The notes: generated from the sequence alone by a model not told the origin. A stretch of DNA of 64,000 nt from Selaginella moellendorffii (GCF_000143415.4 NW_003314285.1:1433412-1497411); one strand, 5' to 3'. Shown: positions 22,397 to 35,882, counted from the stretch's first letter. Program-made: numbers and translations.

Positions 22397-22890
22397 TGTA
22401 TTCAACACATAACAAATATACACTGGTGTAATTCTTGCTCATTGTTTAACTATTAGGTTGAACTCGAATTATTTTGTCTATGTGTGTAACATAATACATT
22501 TGGTTGAAAATGCTTTAAAAATAATTTTTGATAGAATTCACCAAATTGCAAGAAAGGAATGTTTTAAATATATAATTTCTATTTTTACAATAGATGTTAA
22601 GAGATTAAACTACACTTGACCTTTCGAAATATAATTAATACAATATTTCCATCTGTTTTATCTTATATTCATAATCTTCATTCTTTATACCATTTATAAC
22701 ATTTGTTACATGATGAAATTATATTTAAATAGATAACATTTATAATTTGTGATATTACAAAATTGAAAAGCATATTGATTTAATGATTATATTACTAAAT
22801 ACAAAGTAGAGCAAATCAAATATAGCTTTACAGTTCCAATAAAAATTCATTAATATAACTTGTTATGTAAATTTAATTGAGGCCTTCCGA

Positions 22891-22990
22891 NNNNNNNNNN
22901 NNNNNNNNNNNNNNNNNNNNNNNNNNNNNNNNNNNNNNNNNNNNNNNNNNNNNNNNNNNNNNNNNNNNNNNNNNNNNNNNNNNNNNNNNN
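22891..22990. other. Assembly gap (100 N)
   Basis: Run of N. Confidence 1.
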
Positions 22991-25787
22991 TTCATTAGAT
23001 TGTATAAAGGGGACAAAATTAGGGTTAAATAAAATCATCCTTCATTAGAAATACAAACTTAGAATAATCAAAGTCATGATTAAGTCCACATAGCATTAAA
23101 AATAGAACAACATCATAGGAGTTTAAATTTAGAGTGGAACCAAATCTCTAAAGTAGCATCTTATATGTGGCTTGTAAAAATTTAGTTATAATCTTACAAA
23201 ATCTCTTTTCAATTGTATTGTTTCTCAAAGGAGAAACCCATCCCCTTTAGGAAACCTCATATTTAAAGGCATTTACTAGTGATATATAAGATTGCAATCA
23301 TGGAACATTTTCTAAAGAAGATTTGGCTTACTAGTGGTAACATAGTGGCATTAAACTTGTGTGAAATATCCCATAACTAACTGTTAGAAACATAGTTATC
23401 ATCTTTAATATAAACATGTTCTCCCTTGTATTTCTCCTTGAGAGTCTTATAATAATGGCTTCTAGGCAAATGGGGATCATCCTCAGGAGTTTCCTCATGA
23501 TATATAGTCATTCTGGAACACTTTCAATTTATGAAGAATGTTTAAACACAAAGGTTTTTCATAAGCTTGCAAATGCCATATTTGTAGTAAAGAAACTATA
23601 TTTTATTAACTTTATTGATCCTACAATAATTATGGTTAAGAAGGATTCACTAGTATTTATGTTGCATACTAGCCCTTACTGCCACATTCAATCTAGTTAA
23701 TATATATATAACACTTTTCAGTAACATGTTAATGCATAATTTCCAAATATGCAATGAAACTAATTGACCAAACTCATTAAATAGTATTTGTGATTAAATC
23801 CTCCAATACTATATGTAATAAAGCGAAACCTCAAAAGGCAATGAAGTCTTAAGGCATGGAATGAAGGGATGATTATTGAATCAAACATACATCCATTGAA
23901 ATATTCAAATATCTCCATGGATGATATTTGGTATAAAAGAGTGATGGAACATAGACTTATATAGGAGTTATATGGAAGGCTAAAACATCAAACAATTATA
24001 AGCAATGAAAAATAGCAACTTGAGAAAGATCATAGGATATAAATATATAAGGAAAGGACTTATAAATAATCTTTTTTCTTTTTAAATGATTTAGAATATT
24101 TTGGAAGTCAGGTGTTCCCTTTCTTATAAGCTAATAAGTTAGTTTACCTCTAGCTTCACAAGATGATATTATATATATAAAGTATTTTAGTATGGTGTTC
24201 TCTTTCCTACCTTTGCATGTGAACCCATGAGGTGGCACTTTTTTAGAGCCTACTATTAGCTTAAATTCACTTAAAATTTAGGGATGCAATAAACATGGTA
24301 AGGGGTGTCGCGAATATGACTTTGGGTATCGAAAGTTACCTGTCGGCCAATCTTTACAGATACTCTTTCCTTACTGCCACGATGGTAAAAGATCGGTATT
24401 GTTGGACCCTTTATCAACCCCTCTTGTTCAAGTGTTAGTAAACTGGGCTTTGCATCTGTATTTGGCCGGAAGAGCATAAGGACTGAATTTCTAAATATCT
24501 ATTTAGCCAAGCATACTTGGCTTAACTTTTTAATTCTCTTTTGCTCTGTCTTGCACTAGCTTGATAAGAACCCTCGTGTATTGAGACTAGTCCCTGAATA
24601 TCGCTAGATGATAACTTACTGTGTTTGCCAAACACCCTCGCTTTGTGTTAGTCTCATTTTGGTCCCAAATGCTATTTATGGAAAGTGTCTAGATTTGCTC
24701 ATTTGGCATATCTACCGTGTAGGGATTGGCTTGAACACAATAGTTTTCATCCTGTGTCCAAATTCACAATCTAGCGCTATTTCATATTTAGTAAGTTTTG
24801 AATTTGTCCCAGAGATTAACTCCTGATACTAAGGGAGGCTTGGGGTGAAAGCCCAGCATGTGTTCCACAAGGGGGGGCTGTGGGAGGTTCCAAATATATA
24901 GTAGGGATAGTGGGTAGGTCGGGCATGGCTGACCAACCTAAGGCATAGTCTAACTCCCACTTGCGTGGCTATTCTTGTTCTGCATTCATCTTGGGTCTAA
25001 ACCCAAGTTCCGCACCATGCTAGTTGGTGGAGTACCCATGTCCTCACATTACGCCACCGGTATGCTGAAATAGCGCTAGACTCCGTTTAGTTCCATTTTG
25101 CGTGTTGGTCTTGGCATTGAGATGTTGGATACTCTAGGACTGTTCCAAGTCGCTCCGAGCTCCTGTCCCTTCACTCCTTGGGCTATATACTTGGGAGTTG
25201 CTTCATGGTCCGGTTCCATCACTCCTTGGCTCCATGCTTGGGAGTTTGGCACCGTTCCTTCATTCAATGGCTCAAGGCCCTAAACCTCAAGTTCCACACC
25301 ACTGTCCTATGGACATGTGGCATATAACACGTGGCATATGGAGGGTTTAATTTCTACTTCGTGGTGTATAGTAAATCACCATAGGATAAAGGGTAAAAAC
25401 CATGTGTGTTACATTTGGTATCAAAGAATGAGTCTTAGCGAGTACTATACAATGAGATTGGGCAACTAGTCTTGTTACATACGCAGAGATGAAAACGATG
25501 ATCCGAGTGGGTACATGTTTGGGTGCAAAGGCTTCGCAGTTGTTCCCTCATACCCAAAGATGAAAACGATGATCTGAGTGGGTACACGTTTGGGTGCAAA
25601 GGCTTCACAGTTGTTCCTTGGGTATGGATTTGTTTACCTTTTTGTACCGCATTGTGTGAGCTTGCTCTTGGGCTCACAAGAGGGATTGAGTTGTTCTGTT
25701 TGCACGAGTTTGTGCTTGGGCTCGTGAGTGAGGCACATTAGCAACTCAAGGTTGCACTTTGAGTTGGTAGGATTAATGTTAGCCTAT

Positions 25788-26380
25788 TGTAAGCTCTTGA
25801 GTTTGGACTTCCCGGGATGTCATTCAGCCCAGTACTATTCAAACCCAAGGACGCTTAACTCCAACTATCCCAAAACCCTTAACCGATTGGAAAAGGGGGT
25901 GCACTCTTATTCATGGGCCCTTTCCTTCTATATTTGAACCCCATGAATCGTCTCTCAAGTCGTTCTCTTTAGTTGCTTACAATCCACCATGCTTCCCTGC
26001 AAGTTCATGCCCTCGTGAATGGAAGCTGAGAGCCACAGCTCTCCCGAGAGCCCCGCTCTCTTGACACCCTACCCCTTGGGTCGAGCTCAACAAGAGCAAA
26101 CTGGACCAGCCAGATGTCAATCAACATGTGGTGTGATTCCCTTAGCCAACTAACAGAGTCGGACTTGAGACCGCTCTAATACCAAATGTAAGCTCCTGAG
26201 TTTGGACTTCCCGGGATGTCACCCAGCCCAGTACTATTCAAACTTAAGGATGCTTAACTCCAACTATCCCAAGAACCTTAACCGATTGGAAAAGGGGGTA
26301 CACTTTTATTCATGGGCCCTTTCCCTGTATATTTGAACCCCATGGATCGTCTCTCAAGTCGTTCTCTTTGGTTGCTTACA
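25788..26380 (-). mobile_element. Cassandra TRIM (5S rRNA-derived LTRs), copy 1
   Basis: Two 194-bp TG..CA LTRs (25788-25981, 26187-26380), PBS on the minus strand, perfect 5-bp TSD CCTAT, and a 5S A/IE/C-box-like core in each LTR. Confidence 0.95.
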
Positions 26381-27594
26381 CCTATCAGTGGTTCCATGAG
26401 TTGTTCCTTGTACCATGGGTGAAAGTAAACCTTCCCTGGGTTTGCTATGAGTGGCAAATATGCTGGTCCGTAGTTGTTTAGCACGGCACTAGTGGATCCT
26501 TCTTAGGCATGATTACAAGTGCATCAACCAAGACTGTAGGGATTAGTCTTTTAATTCAAGTAATCATTGCCGTGCTCTTTTATAAACTTTTCTTGGACTA
26601 GACTGAAGGCAGTGTGAAAGCAAGCTTGAGGTTTGGTCAAAAATGAGACCGAAAAGAGAATTGTCAGGGACGAAGGATCAAACACGTAAATTATTTTCTC
26701 CACTTGGAGAGATGATTTGCAACGAAGTGTGACTCATTGCCTGTGTTCACATTATGCAATCAAGAGTCCCTACCTTGATGCATATTGGAAATGATAATCT
26801 TGCAAGCGGTGAGTCGTGGGATGAATAGCAATGAAGCGCTATACCATTTTGTCTAGGCTTGCTATTGGAAGACTTGGGTTACAATGCTCAATTCTTTTTC
26901 GGGGAACCTTGCTATTGCTCTTGAGTAGCTTGGTGTTAAATTAGTTTTGAGATTGGTCGGAAAGAGAGTGGCATAAGCATGTCCGTGTTGTGAACAAAAG
27001 CTAGTGGTGTTGGTTGTTATGAATCTCTATTGGTGGGGTGTGACATTTATGTTGCATTTTGTCGAATCGAGTTGGCACTTAATATTCACATAAACATTTG
27101 AAGTAATGACATAGGCATTGCTCGTAGTGTTGCTCAATGGATGATCAAGTCATTATGATTTTTATATCATGATAGTGAGCAATGTGTTCACAAAGTTGCT
27201 TAGTTAAATAATGAACAATCCCAAAGTGGTTAATAGTGAAGTTAGTCTACTTGCACGAAGTAACACTGTAGTAGCTTTGACTAGATTCTCGATAGTGGTC
27301 CATTATGCTAAGCTTAAGTTGGTTCTTTGTTCCTTGAAGGGTTTGCCCATAATGTGTTGGAAAGGGTTATAGCATTCACTTGCTATGGTTTGTTGGTTTA
27401 TCCGTTAGCACTTGGAGTAGATTGTTAGATAGAGAAAATGTGTGGTTGAGGCATTAATATCACTAACACTTGTGTTAGTGGAAGTGGCATTGTTATTTTG
27501 AGTGATAAGGAATTTTCCTTGGATCTTGATTTTCCATGTCATTTTCCTTATTAGTGTTTTGGCTTCACATTAGAGTTTGAAGGTGGTTGAAAAA

Positions 27595-28186
27595 TGTAAA
27601 CAACCAAAAGGAACGACTTGAGAGATGATCCATGGGGTTCAAATATAGAGGGAAAGGGCCTATGAATAAGAGTGCACCCCCTTTTCCAATCGGTTAAGGG
27701 TTTTGGGATAGTTGGAGTTAAGCGTCCTTGGGTTTGAATAGTACTGGGCTGGGTGACCTCCCGGGAAGTCCAAATTCAGGAGTTTACATTTGGTATCAGA
27801 GCGGTCTCAGGTCCGACTCTGTTGGTTGGCTAGGGAATCACACCACATATTGATTGACATCTGGCTGGTCCAGTTTGCTCCCACTGGGCTCGACCCGAGG
27901 GGTAAGGTGTCAAGAGAGCGGGGCTCTCGAGAGAGCTGCGGCTCTCAGCTTCCGTTCACGAGGGCGTGAACTTGCAGGGAAGCGTGGTGGATTGTAAGCA
28001 ACCAAAGGGAACGATTTGAGAGATGATCCAAGGGGTTCAAATATAGAGGGAAAGGGCCCATGAATAAGAGTGCACCCCCTTTTCCAATCGGTTAAGGGTC
28101 TTGGGATAGTTGGAGTTAAGCGTCCTTGGGTTTGAATAGTACTGGGCTGGGTGACCTCCCAGAAAGTCCAAATTCAAGAGTTTACA
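27595..28186 (+). mobile_element. Cassandra TRIM (5S rRNA-derived LTRs), copy 2
   Basis: LTRs at 27595-27788 and 27993-28186, PBS TGGTATCAGAGC at 27791, TSD AAAAA/AAGAA (the empty site at about 59213 reads AAGAA), 5S core AGTTAAGCGTCCTTGGG..TAGTACTGGGCTGGGTGACCTCCCGGGAAGTCC. Confidence 0.95.
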
Positions 28187-31100
28187 AAGAAGAGTGTTAA
28201 TGCAATTTGGATATCCGGAGATATGGTCTTCGTGATTGAATCTGGGATGTTCCTTTTGTATATTGTGAATGTCAGTGTTAGATATCGGAAAAATGGGCAA
28301 AAGATGTTTAATGCTTAAGCATGCTATTGGGTTATGAGAATTTGTGTTGAGGTGAATCTATGTGAAGTTGTTAGTAGAAGGAAGTTGATTAAATCTTGAA
28401 AGTTTGCATTCCTAGATTGAGAGTCATTCTTTCTCTAGAATGGAAAATTTTCTATAAATTTTCTTAGGCTTTTCTAATGGCTGATCTGTTGATCACTTTG
28501 TCTGAAAACCATTCCATTTTCATAAGCCAGTATAAACTAGTGAAAGGGTTAGAGTTGACTTCAGTTAGCTTAAACTTTAGTAGATAGTTTGTATGATGTA
28601 GCCCGAAAGGGATGCTAACTTTTGGGGCTAAAGCAATTGAGTTGGATAGAGTCTAGAGTTGGTATAGAAAAGTGGCTATTGTGCTTTTCTAAGAAATATG
28701 ACATTTGTGCCTTTCTTCTGTAGCGTTGTGCTTGGTGACAGATTACACCTTGCATTTCATTTAGACTCTATGAGAGTAATGAGCTTTCACTAATCTTGAT
28801 TTGGTCTTGGTGGTCTTGTGCCTTGGTTGAGAATGGTGATGTTCAACTTAGTTGTTTAAAGTTGAAATGTTGGTACCCGTACTATAGCTTTGTCTATAAG
28901 GAGGTTGTGTACCAATATGAGTCCATCTCATGGTTTTCACTTTAGTTTTGACTGAGTGTTGATTATGCATATCTAGCCTCTTCAAAAGGCATACTCAGAG
29001 CTATTGGCTAAACGTATTGATAAGCTTATTGCGATTGAGTTGGATTTGAGTGGTCATTTAGTTTGTGCTTGTCCATGAACCTTTACCTTATACCTGAGGT
29101 ATTATGTTCATGTTGGACAAATATATGACTCAATGGTACAAGTTTGGTGTTTGGTTCTTGTGAAGGTAAGTTGAAGAGTGATTGTTGGTTGTTTTGCAAT
29201 TAGTGATTGCTTGTAAACTTTGTCAAAGACTATTGACACTTACTTCACTCGATGAAGATTTATCAGTGATGGGTTTACTTTACTGGATGGTGTTGCAGAG
29301 GATCGTATCGTTAGTTTTACATGGGTTTTCCATGTTGTCATGCCGATTCTACCTCTGTCAATATCATTTGATTGTGTCTAGTTCATAGTGTTGGATTTTA
29401 TTGAGTTTTGGACATGGTGAATCACTCCTTGATGAAGTGTTATCTATAACTGAGTTTTGCTGAAGGATTTGTTTTGGATACTAGGTATAGTATCTTCGAC
29501 TTTGGTTAGCTTGGTTGCAAAAGAGTTATGAGTGGTGATTCACTCTTGCTTTCTTCTAGCTTTGTTTTGGTACCAATGGCATTGAAGTGATGTCTTGTTG
29601 TTGACATTATTGATGTTAAAATTTGAGTGAAATGAGATGTCTTTCCTTATGATTGATATTGATTTTCATTAGTCTCAATGAAGATAGTGTTGATGATTTG
29701 GCTGTAGCTTTGTGTTATTGGCATTTGGTGCATTTGCTAGTTAGCAACTGTATTGACATTCAAACGAATTGAGTGGCAAGTTTGAGTTAGTTCTGTTCTA
29801 GACATGATTGTTTAGTAAGGGTGAGTTTTGGCTTTTCCTTGAAAAGTGATTTAATCATGGACTATACTAACTTTACAAGAGGAAAAATTGGTGATTGATA
29901 TTGAAATATTTGAGTCCTTATTGGATTTGAGTTGGAATATATTGATCATTGATGATTCTTCTTGTGCTTGTTATGAAGTGAGTTACGTCTTACTATAGAT
30001 GGATTTATGGAGGATCGATTAGATAATCACTTGTTGAGCATAACTTCATTGTGCTTGGGTTTTGGATTGATGCAGAAATGCTCTTCATTAGTTTTGGTAT
30101 TATAAAGTTTGGTTTATGGATGTGTTAAGAAAGATATTATGGGTTGCATCATGATTTCTTCTTTAGCATTGAAGTTAGCTTCCATGAGACTCATGATCAT
30201 TATTAAGCAAGACTTGGCTATAAGCTTCTTCGAACTTTTGGTTCCTTGAGTTTTTTGCTTATTGTTCCATTTGTTAGAAGTTGTTGGGGAAGGCATTTTG
30301 GCTCCTAGCTTTGATGTTGAAGTTAGTATTTGCATCTAGCAATCATTAGTGATGATTAACTATCATCTAGGATAGTTAATTATCCTTATCAAAAGGTTTT
30401 GCTTGATTGTTATTGTTACAGAATGATTTGCCATTATTTGGGATGGTGGATTCCTTCTTAGACGATGATTCTGTATATATCATTTTGATGGGATAATTGA
30501 TGATTTTTCATGATGGTTAGTTGTTCTCTTTGATAGCTTATGGCTTTTCACAATACCACATGTTCTTTGTGGTATGCTTTGGATTGGTCTCTTGGGTTTG
30601 AGACATCAGTAGGATGTTGCCAACACTTGTTTGAGCAACTCTAGTTCCTTCCTGTTATTGACTAGGATTTATTTAAATTGGCTAGTGCAATATTTGGCAT
30701 AACTAAGTGTTTGTTGGTCTTACCACATTCATTCTGTTCTATTGATTGTTGCTCGAGCTAGTTTTGATAGATTAGAATGTTATATCCTTTGGATGATACA
30801 TTCGCGAGCATTATACTTGTTAGTTAATGATACTTTTTGTTCTTTGAGTTATCTTGGGTAAGTTGTTTGGCATACTGTCTGCAATCTTTGCTAGTAAAGT
30901 TTTATCATTGAGTTTCCTTGATGATATATTTGCTATTGAACTTTGTTAGATGGTCATTCCTATGTTTACCAAATATGATGATCTTGGTGGTTCCTATACT
31001 CTAATACTGGTTTATCTTAACTTACTTGGAATACTTTTGTGTTCTAATTTAAGCTTTATTCACTGATAATTAAATCTCTAAGATATCATTGTCTATGACT

Positions 31101-31984
31101 TTGATATAGTCCATATATTGATCTTTGAGTTTGGGCCAGTATAGACAGATTGGCTTTGGCACTTCATATGCATGGTGAAATCTCTAGTCATGGGGTAGCT
31201 ACTGTCGACTGGTCACCTAACCTGCCTCTCTATGGATGTTCCTTATTCCGTTAAAAGGGCGTGACCGTGTAAACAACTCTAACTACTTATTTACAGTAGT
31301 CTATCTAAACCTTACCGACGGGTTTGGTTTCTTTGTTCAAGAGGGTTGGGGCCTTTGGCTTCTCTCTCTATGTCCTTGCGGGCAGGGGCATATCACACTT
31401 TTGTAAGCTAGGTGACACCCATAGCAGTAAGGGTGGCTAACTCCGTTGGTCATTTCTTTGTCGACGACGGGGTAGGTCGGGCATGGCCGACCAACCTGAG
31501 GCATAGTCTAGCTCCCACTTGCGTGTTTGTCTTTGTTCTACATCTGGCTTGGGTCTAAGCCCAAGTTCCACACCATGCTAGCTGGTGGAGTATCCATGTC
31601 CTCATATTAGGCCACCGGTATACTGAAATATTGCCAGACTTCATTTGGCTCCGTTTTGCGTGTTAGTCCTAGCATTGAGATGCTAGATACTCTAGAACTG
31701 TTCTAAGTCACTCCGAGCTCCTATCCCTTTGCTCCTTAGGCTATATGTTCAGGAATTGCTCTGTGGTTCGGTTCCATCACTCCTTGGCTCCATGCTTGGG
31801 AGTTTGGCACCGTTCCTTTATTCAATGGCCCAAGGCCCTGAACCTCGGGTTCCACAGCACTGTCTTATGGACACGTGGCATGTGACACGTAGCATATGGA
31901 GGGTTTAGTTTCCGCTTCGTGGTGTTATCCTATGGTAAATCACCATAGGATAAAGGGTAAAAACCACGTGTGCTACAGGTGTTA

Positions 31985-32367
31985 ACTCTTTGCTCGTGTT
32001 CACGGTATACAATCAAGAGCCCTATCTTAATGCATATTGGAAATGATAGTCTTACAAATGGTGAGTTATGGGATGGATAGTGGTGAAGCACTATACCATT
32101 GTGTTTAAGCTCACTATTGAAAGACTTGGGTTGCAATGCTCAATTCTTTTCTGGGGAACCTTGCTATTGCTCCTTGAGTAGCTTGGTGTTGGATTAGTTT
32201 TGAGATTGGTCAGAAAGAGAGTGGTATGATCTTATCCTTGTTATGAACAAAAATTAGTGGCATTGGGTGTTGTAAATCTCTATTGGTGAAGTGTGGCATT
32301 TGTGTTGCAATTTATCGAATTGAGTTAGCACTTGATACTTACATAAACCTTATAGTAGTGACATGGG
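31985..32367 (+). mobile_element. Additional internal fragment of the same LTR family
   Basis: Near-repeat of about 26735-27115 and about 58360-58740. Confidence 0.8.
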
Positions 32368-32699
32368 TAAATGAATAACAACTGTTAGATAGTAGAATAT
32401 CCTAGAATATCCAAGCATATTCTAGGTATATTCATTACCAACAGGTTTGTTTAAGCAAACCAAAAATTAAAAATCTAGGTATCTCTTGTGAATGGAAGAG
32501 ACTAGAGAGCTACTCTTGGAACCTATAGTAGTGCCAGTTCAAGGAGTACTATGGAGCAATGGTAGGTAAGCAAGTTCAACTTTACTTTCAAGAATGATAG
32601 AACTTTTAAATTACACTGTGACCTTGGTATTAACAAGTGTAAGAGAGGATTTCCAGCATGGAAAAGAAGCCTTTATGAACCACCTAATGTTTGGTAGGC

Positions 32700-33100
32700 A
32701 ATTTTTAGTAGAAAATTGTAAACACTTGCAAGTTCGATGACAATGTCAATGTTGGAGAGGAGAGTTGGAAGATATTTATTTCACTAGGTGATGGTTAGAA
32801 GCTATTCGTGGAGGTGGTCATACACCCCACAATCATATAGGATATAGAAAACATCCTCAATCCATGCAAAACTACAATCTGACAGAGACAAAGGTGGTGA
32901 GGGATGTGAGGTCTAACTCACCAGCCCCATTTGAACATAGAGATGGTGATTACTGCATCTGTAGGCTGCAAGCTTAGCCACTCCAAAGCTTGTGATATCC
33001 ACCAGTTTTCTGAAATACCAACTCAAGGACAAGGCCAAGTTTAGTAGTCCATTTATTGAGTTCTACCCACCAACCTCCATCCTATTTTAACATAAGATTG
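32700..33100 (+). mobile_element. Possible Ty3/gypsy pol remnant (integrase zinc-finger-like)
   Basis: Frameshifted HTP..NHIGYRK..NY..VVRDVRS resembles the H2C2 integrase region; very decayed. Confidence 0.3.
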
Positions 33101-33243
33101 ATAGATTGTATAGAAAGCTTTATTTTCAGATTGCTGAGCCAATATTAGGTTTTTATATAGTTAATTGTTTATTTCCACAAAAGTAGCTTTAAGGGCCATA
33201 GATTAGACTCAAGCAAAATGATTAAGTATGACACATCCTTTGT

Positions 33244-34264
33244 TATAGCACACATGGTTTTCACCTTTTATCCTATAATGATTTACTATAGAATAACCAC
33301 GAAATGGAACCTCTATGTGATACCATATGCCATATGTCATGTGTCCCAAGAACAATGGAGTGGAACCTGAGCTTCAAAGCCTTGGGCCATTGAATGAAAG
33401 AACATAGCTAAACTCTCAAGCTTGCAACCAAGGAGTAAAAAAACTAGAGCACAGAGTGACTCTTGAGTTTTTAGCCTAAAGAGCGAAGAGACAAAAGCAC
33501 AGAGTGAATTGGAACAATCCTAGAGCATTAAACATCCCACTGTTAGGACTAGCATGCAAAATGGAGCCAAATGGAGTTTGGTGTTATTTCAATATATCAG
33601 TGGCCTAATGCGAGGATATGAGTATTCCACCATAGTATGGAACTTAAGTTTAGTCATAAGTTGAATGCAGAACAAAGACAGCCACACAAGCATGAACTAT
33701 GCCTTAGGTTGATCAACTATGCCTAACGTACCCACTATCTATAATATCTACAACCCATTGAGCAACACATGTTTTGGCCTTAGCCACCCTTAATACTAAG
33801 AGTTAGTCTATAGGACTAACTCGAAACTTATTAAATACTCTATAATCTGTAGATATGGCAAATTAGCAAATTTACACACTTTTCATAAATAGCTTTTGGA
33901 ACCAAATGGAACTAACACAATGTCTATAATAGCAAGGGTGTTTGGCAGAGATAATAAGTTATCATTTGGCAAATATTGAGGGACTAAACTCAATATTGCA
34001 AGAGTTTCTAATACTAGCAAGTGTAAGTTAACGAATGAGTTTCTCTAATCAGGTCAAGTATGCTTAACTAATAACACTTAGGAATTTCACCCTTATGTTC
34101 ATTTGGTCAAATGCAGATGCAAAGGTCAATTTCTCAACTAACTTAAATGGAGATTAAAAAAGGTCTAGCAATGCCAACCTCCTACCGTCGTGATAGTAAG
34201 GAAAGAATATTCGAAAGAACTAGCTGACAGATAACTTTTAATACCCACAATCACATTCGCAACA
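33244..34264 (-). mobile_element. Solo LTR of the 24306/62716 family
   Basis: Reverse complement matches the 24306-25413 LTR end to end; flanks TTTGT/CTTGT form a 1-mismatch TSD. Confidence 0.85.
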
Positions 34265-34299
34265 CTTGTATGGAGTTCCTCCATTTGATTTTAGAGAGT

Positions 34300-35140
34300 G
34301 TTGGTTATTTGTAGAGCTAACCTCTATTGCATACAAGGTAATTATGGAGACCTTGGCTATGAAGAATTTCCACTTTGCACTCTAGCTTATGACAAGAGCA
34401 TTGGCACAATCTAATTGAAGTGAAAAGTAAGTACCTTGTATTGCCACAATACAATTTGCAATCCCTGATTTCCAAGGATTGTTCTTGTGAAAAACATACC
34501 CCAAATATTTGTAACTCTCCACTTCCTGAAATGTAGTGCCACAATAATAGCATATCCTATCTTGCACTTGTCCTAACACCATGACCTGTGTCTTGGTGAG
34601 ATTAACTTCCATGCCGGTGGCATCACAAAACTTTGCTTAATGCACCAAGTGTGTTTTGCATTTAGCAGGCTGTAGTGCACCTTATCTCTCTCCCCTTAAT
34701 GTCCTCATTGACTATTGACTAACAACCCCTACTGAGCGCAATACTCCACACAAGAGGAAGGACGTACGCATGGATGCCCAATACGTACGATTTCAAATTT
34801 AGGGGTAGGAATATACCTTGCTCAAGGGTATATTATACTTTTAAGTAGCCACTAATCAATGGGAATCGAACCCGTGCCATTTGCTCCGATACCAACTGTA
34901 GCGCACCTTATCTCTCTCCCCTTAAGCCAACTGGAAAAGGGGCAATTGCTTGATAAGAGAGCCCTTAGTGGCTATTTTATCCCCATTTATCTCCAAAGGT
35001 TCCAAGGATCCATGGTGACAGTATATCTAAATCTCATCCCATGATCACATGCGCTACACAGGCTAAGGGAGCCAAACAAAGTATGTCATCTAGTGAATAC
35101 AGGCACATTCCCGAAAGTTGGTATGGCATTAGTGTTCTTC
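34300..35140 (-). mobile_element. LINE reverse-transcriptase remnant, interrupted by an insertion
   Basis: Degenerate LYSLDDILCLA (YxDD-like) at about 35070-35105, then FCDATGMEVNLTKTQVM..FQEVESYKYLGYVF, typical of the non-LTR RT C-terminal region. Confidence 0.7.
34671..35058 (-). mobile_element. Small TRIM-like LTR element (non-Cassandra), one LTR reduced to about 29 bp
   Basis: Perfect TSD CAGGC. LTR at 34897-35058 with termini TGTAGCGCA/TGCGCTACA. Minus-strand PBS TGGTATCGGAGC next to the LTR. The LTR end is repeated at 34671-34699. Confidence 0.8.
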
Positions 35141-35882
35141 CTTTGATCATGGATTCAATGCATCAAATAGCCAAATAGCCAAAAGCTTTGGCAACAAGGG
35201 GCAGCCATGCTGGACTCCAACCTGGTGGCCTATCAAAGATTTGTAGCCGCACAATTCTATAACAGCAGCAACAATTGGAGTGGGCATTTGAATTTCAAAC
35301 AATCTTTGAATAAGCAAATGTCACGCCACTTGATCAAAAGCTTTGACTAAATCGACATAGCCAAGGAAGACCACTCAATTGCATCTAGGTTAACACAAGA
35401 GTGGACATATTGGGCTTCAGCACAGCATTCATCCCACCACTCACAAATCCCCACAACTTGCCAACAAAAATACCCTAGATATCATGTCATTTAGGGTAAA
35501 AAGTGCTCTTCTATAGTGCGTTATAGCACCTAACCACAGTTCTACAGAAGCATATAAAGGTGGCCATTCATCCTAGTTGCAGACGTTGCCCTTGGTCATC
35601 CTCATCCACACAAATGGGGAGCGCCTAGGTCCTATGTGTTGTGTTTCTGTCTTTTATAGAATAGCCCAATAGCAAGTTCAGCTCAGCTGCACTGTGCCGA
35701 AATCTTCTTAGCCGCAAAAAAATCAAATTGATTTTTCTCAAAACCATGGCTACCAAGGCTTGTCCAAGGGAAACTTAGCTTAAAGTTTATTTACTTTGTA
35801 AAACACATCAAGACAAAAAGCATTAGAACCTTCACCCTAAAATGATTTATTTCTTATTTTTATTTTTACTGTTTTTGTTCAG

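Larger units (their letters stand above)
24306..31977 (+). mobile_element. Decayed copia-like LTR retroelement, copy 1 (3' LTR truncated; two nested Cassandra TRIMs)
   Basis: 5' LTR TGTCGCG...GTTACA at 24306-25413, tRNA-iMet PBS TGGTATCA at 25416, partial 3' LTR at about 31469-31977. The internal region is collinear with 57690-62700. Faint remnants lie in copia order (protease-like at about 27515, integrase-like at about 28545, RNase H-like at about 31110). No matching TSD. Confidence 0.8.

Noticed and set aside
24540-24900. Possible hammerhead ribozyme (retrozyme) in the LTR
   Set aside because: No CTGANGA..GAAA core with supporting stems was found by eye.
27716-27771. 5S rRNA gene
   Set aside because: Only the internal promoter segment is present, inside Cassandra LTRs; the 5' and 3' ends of 5S are missing.
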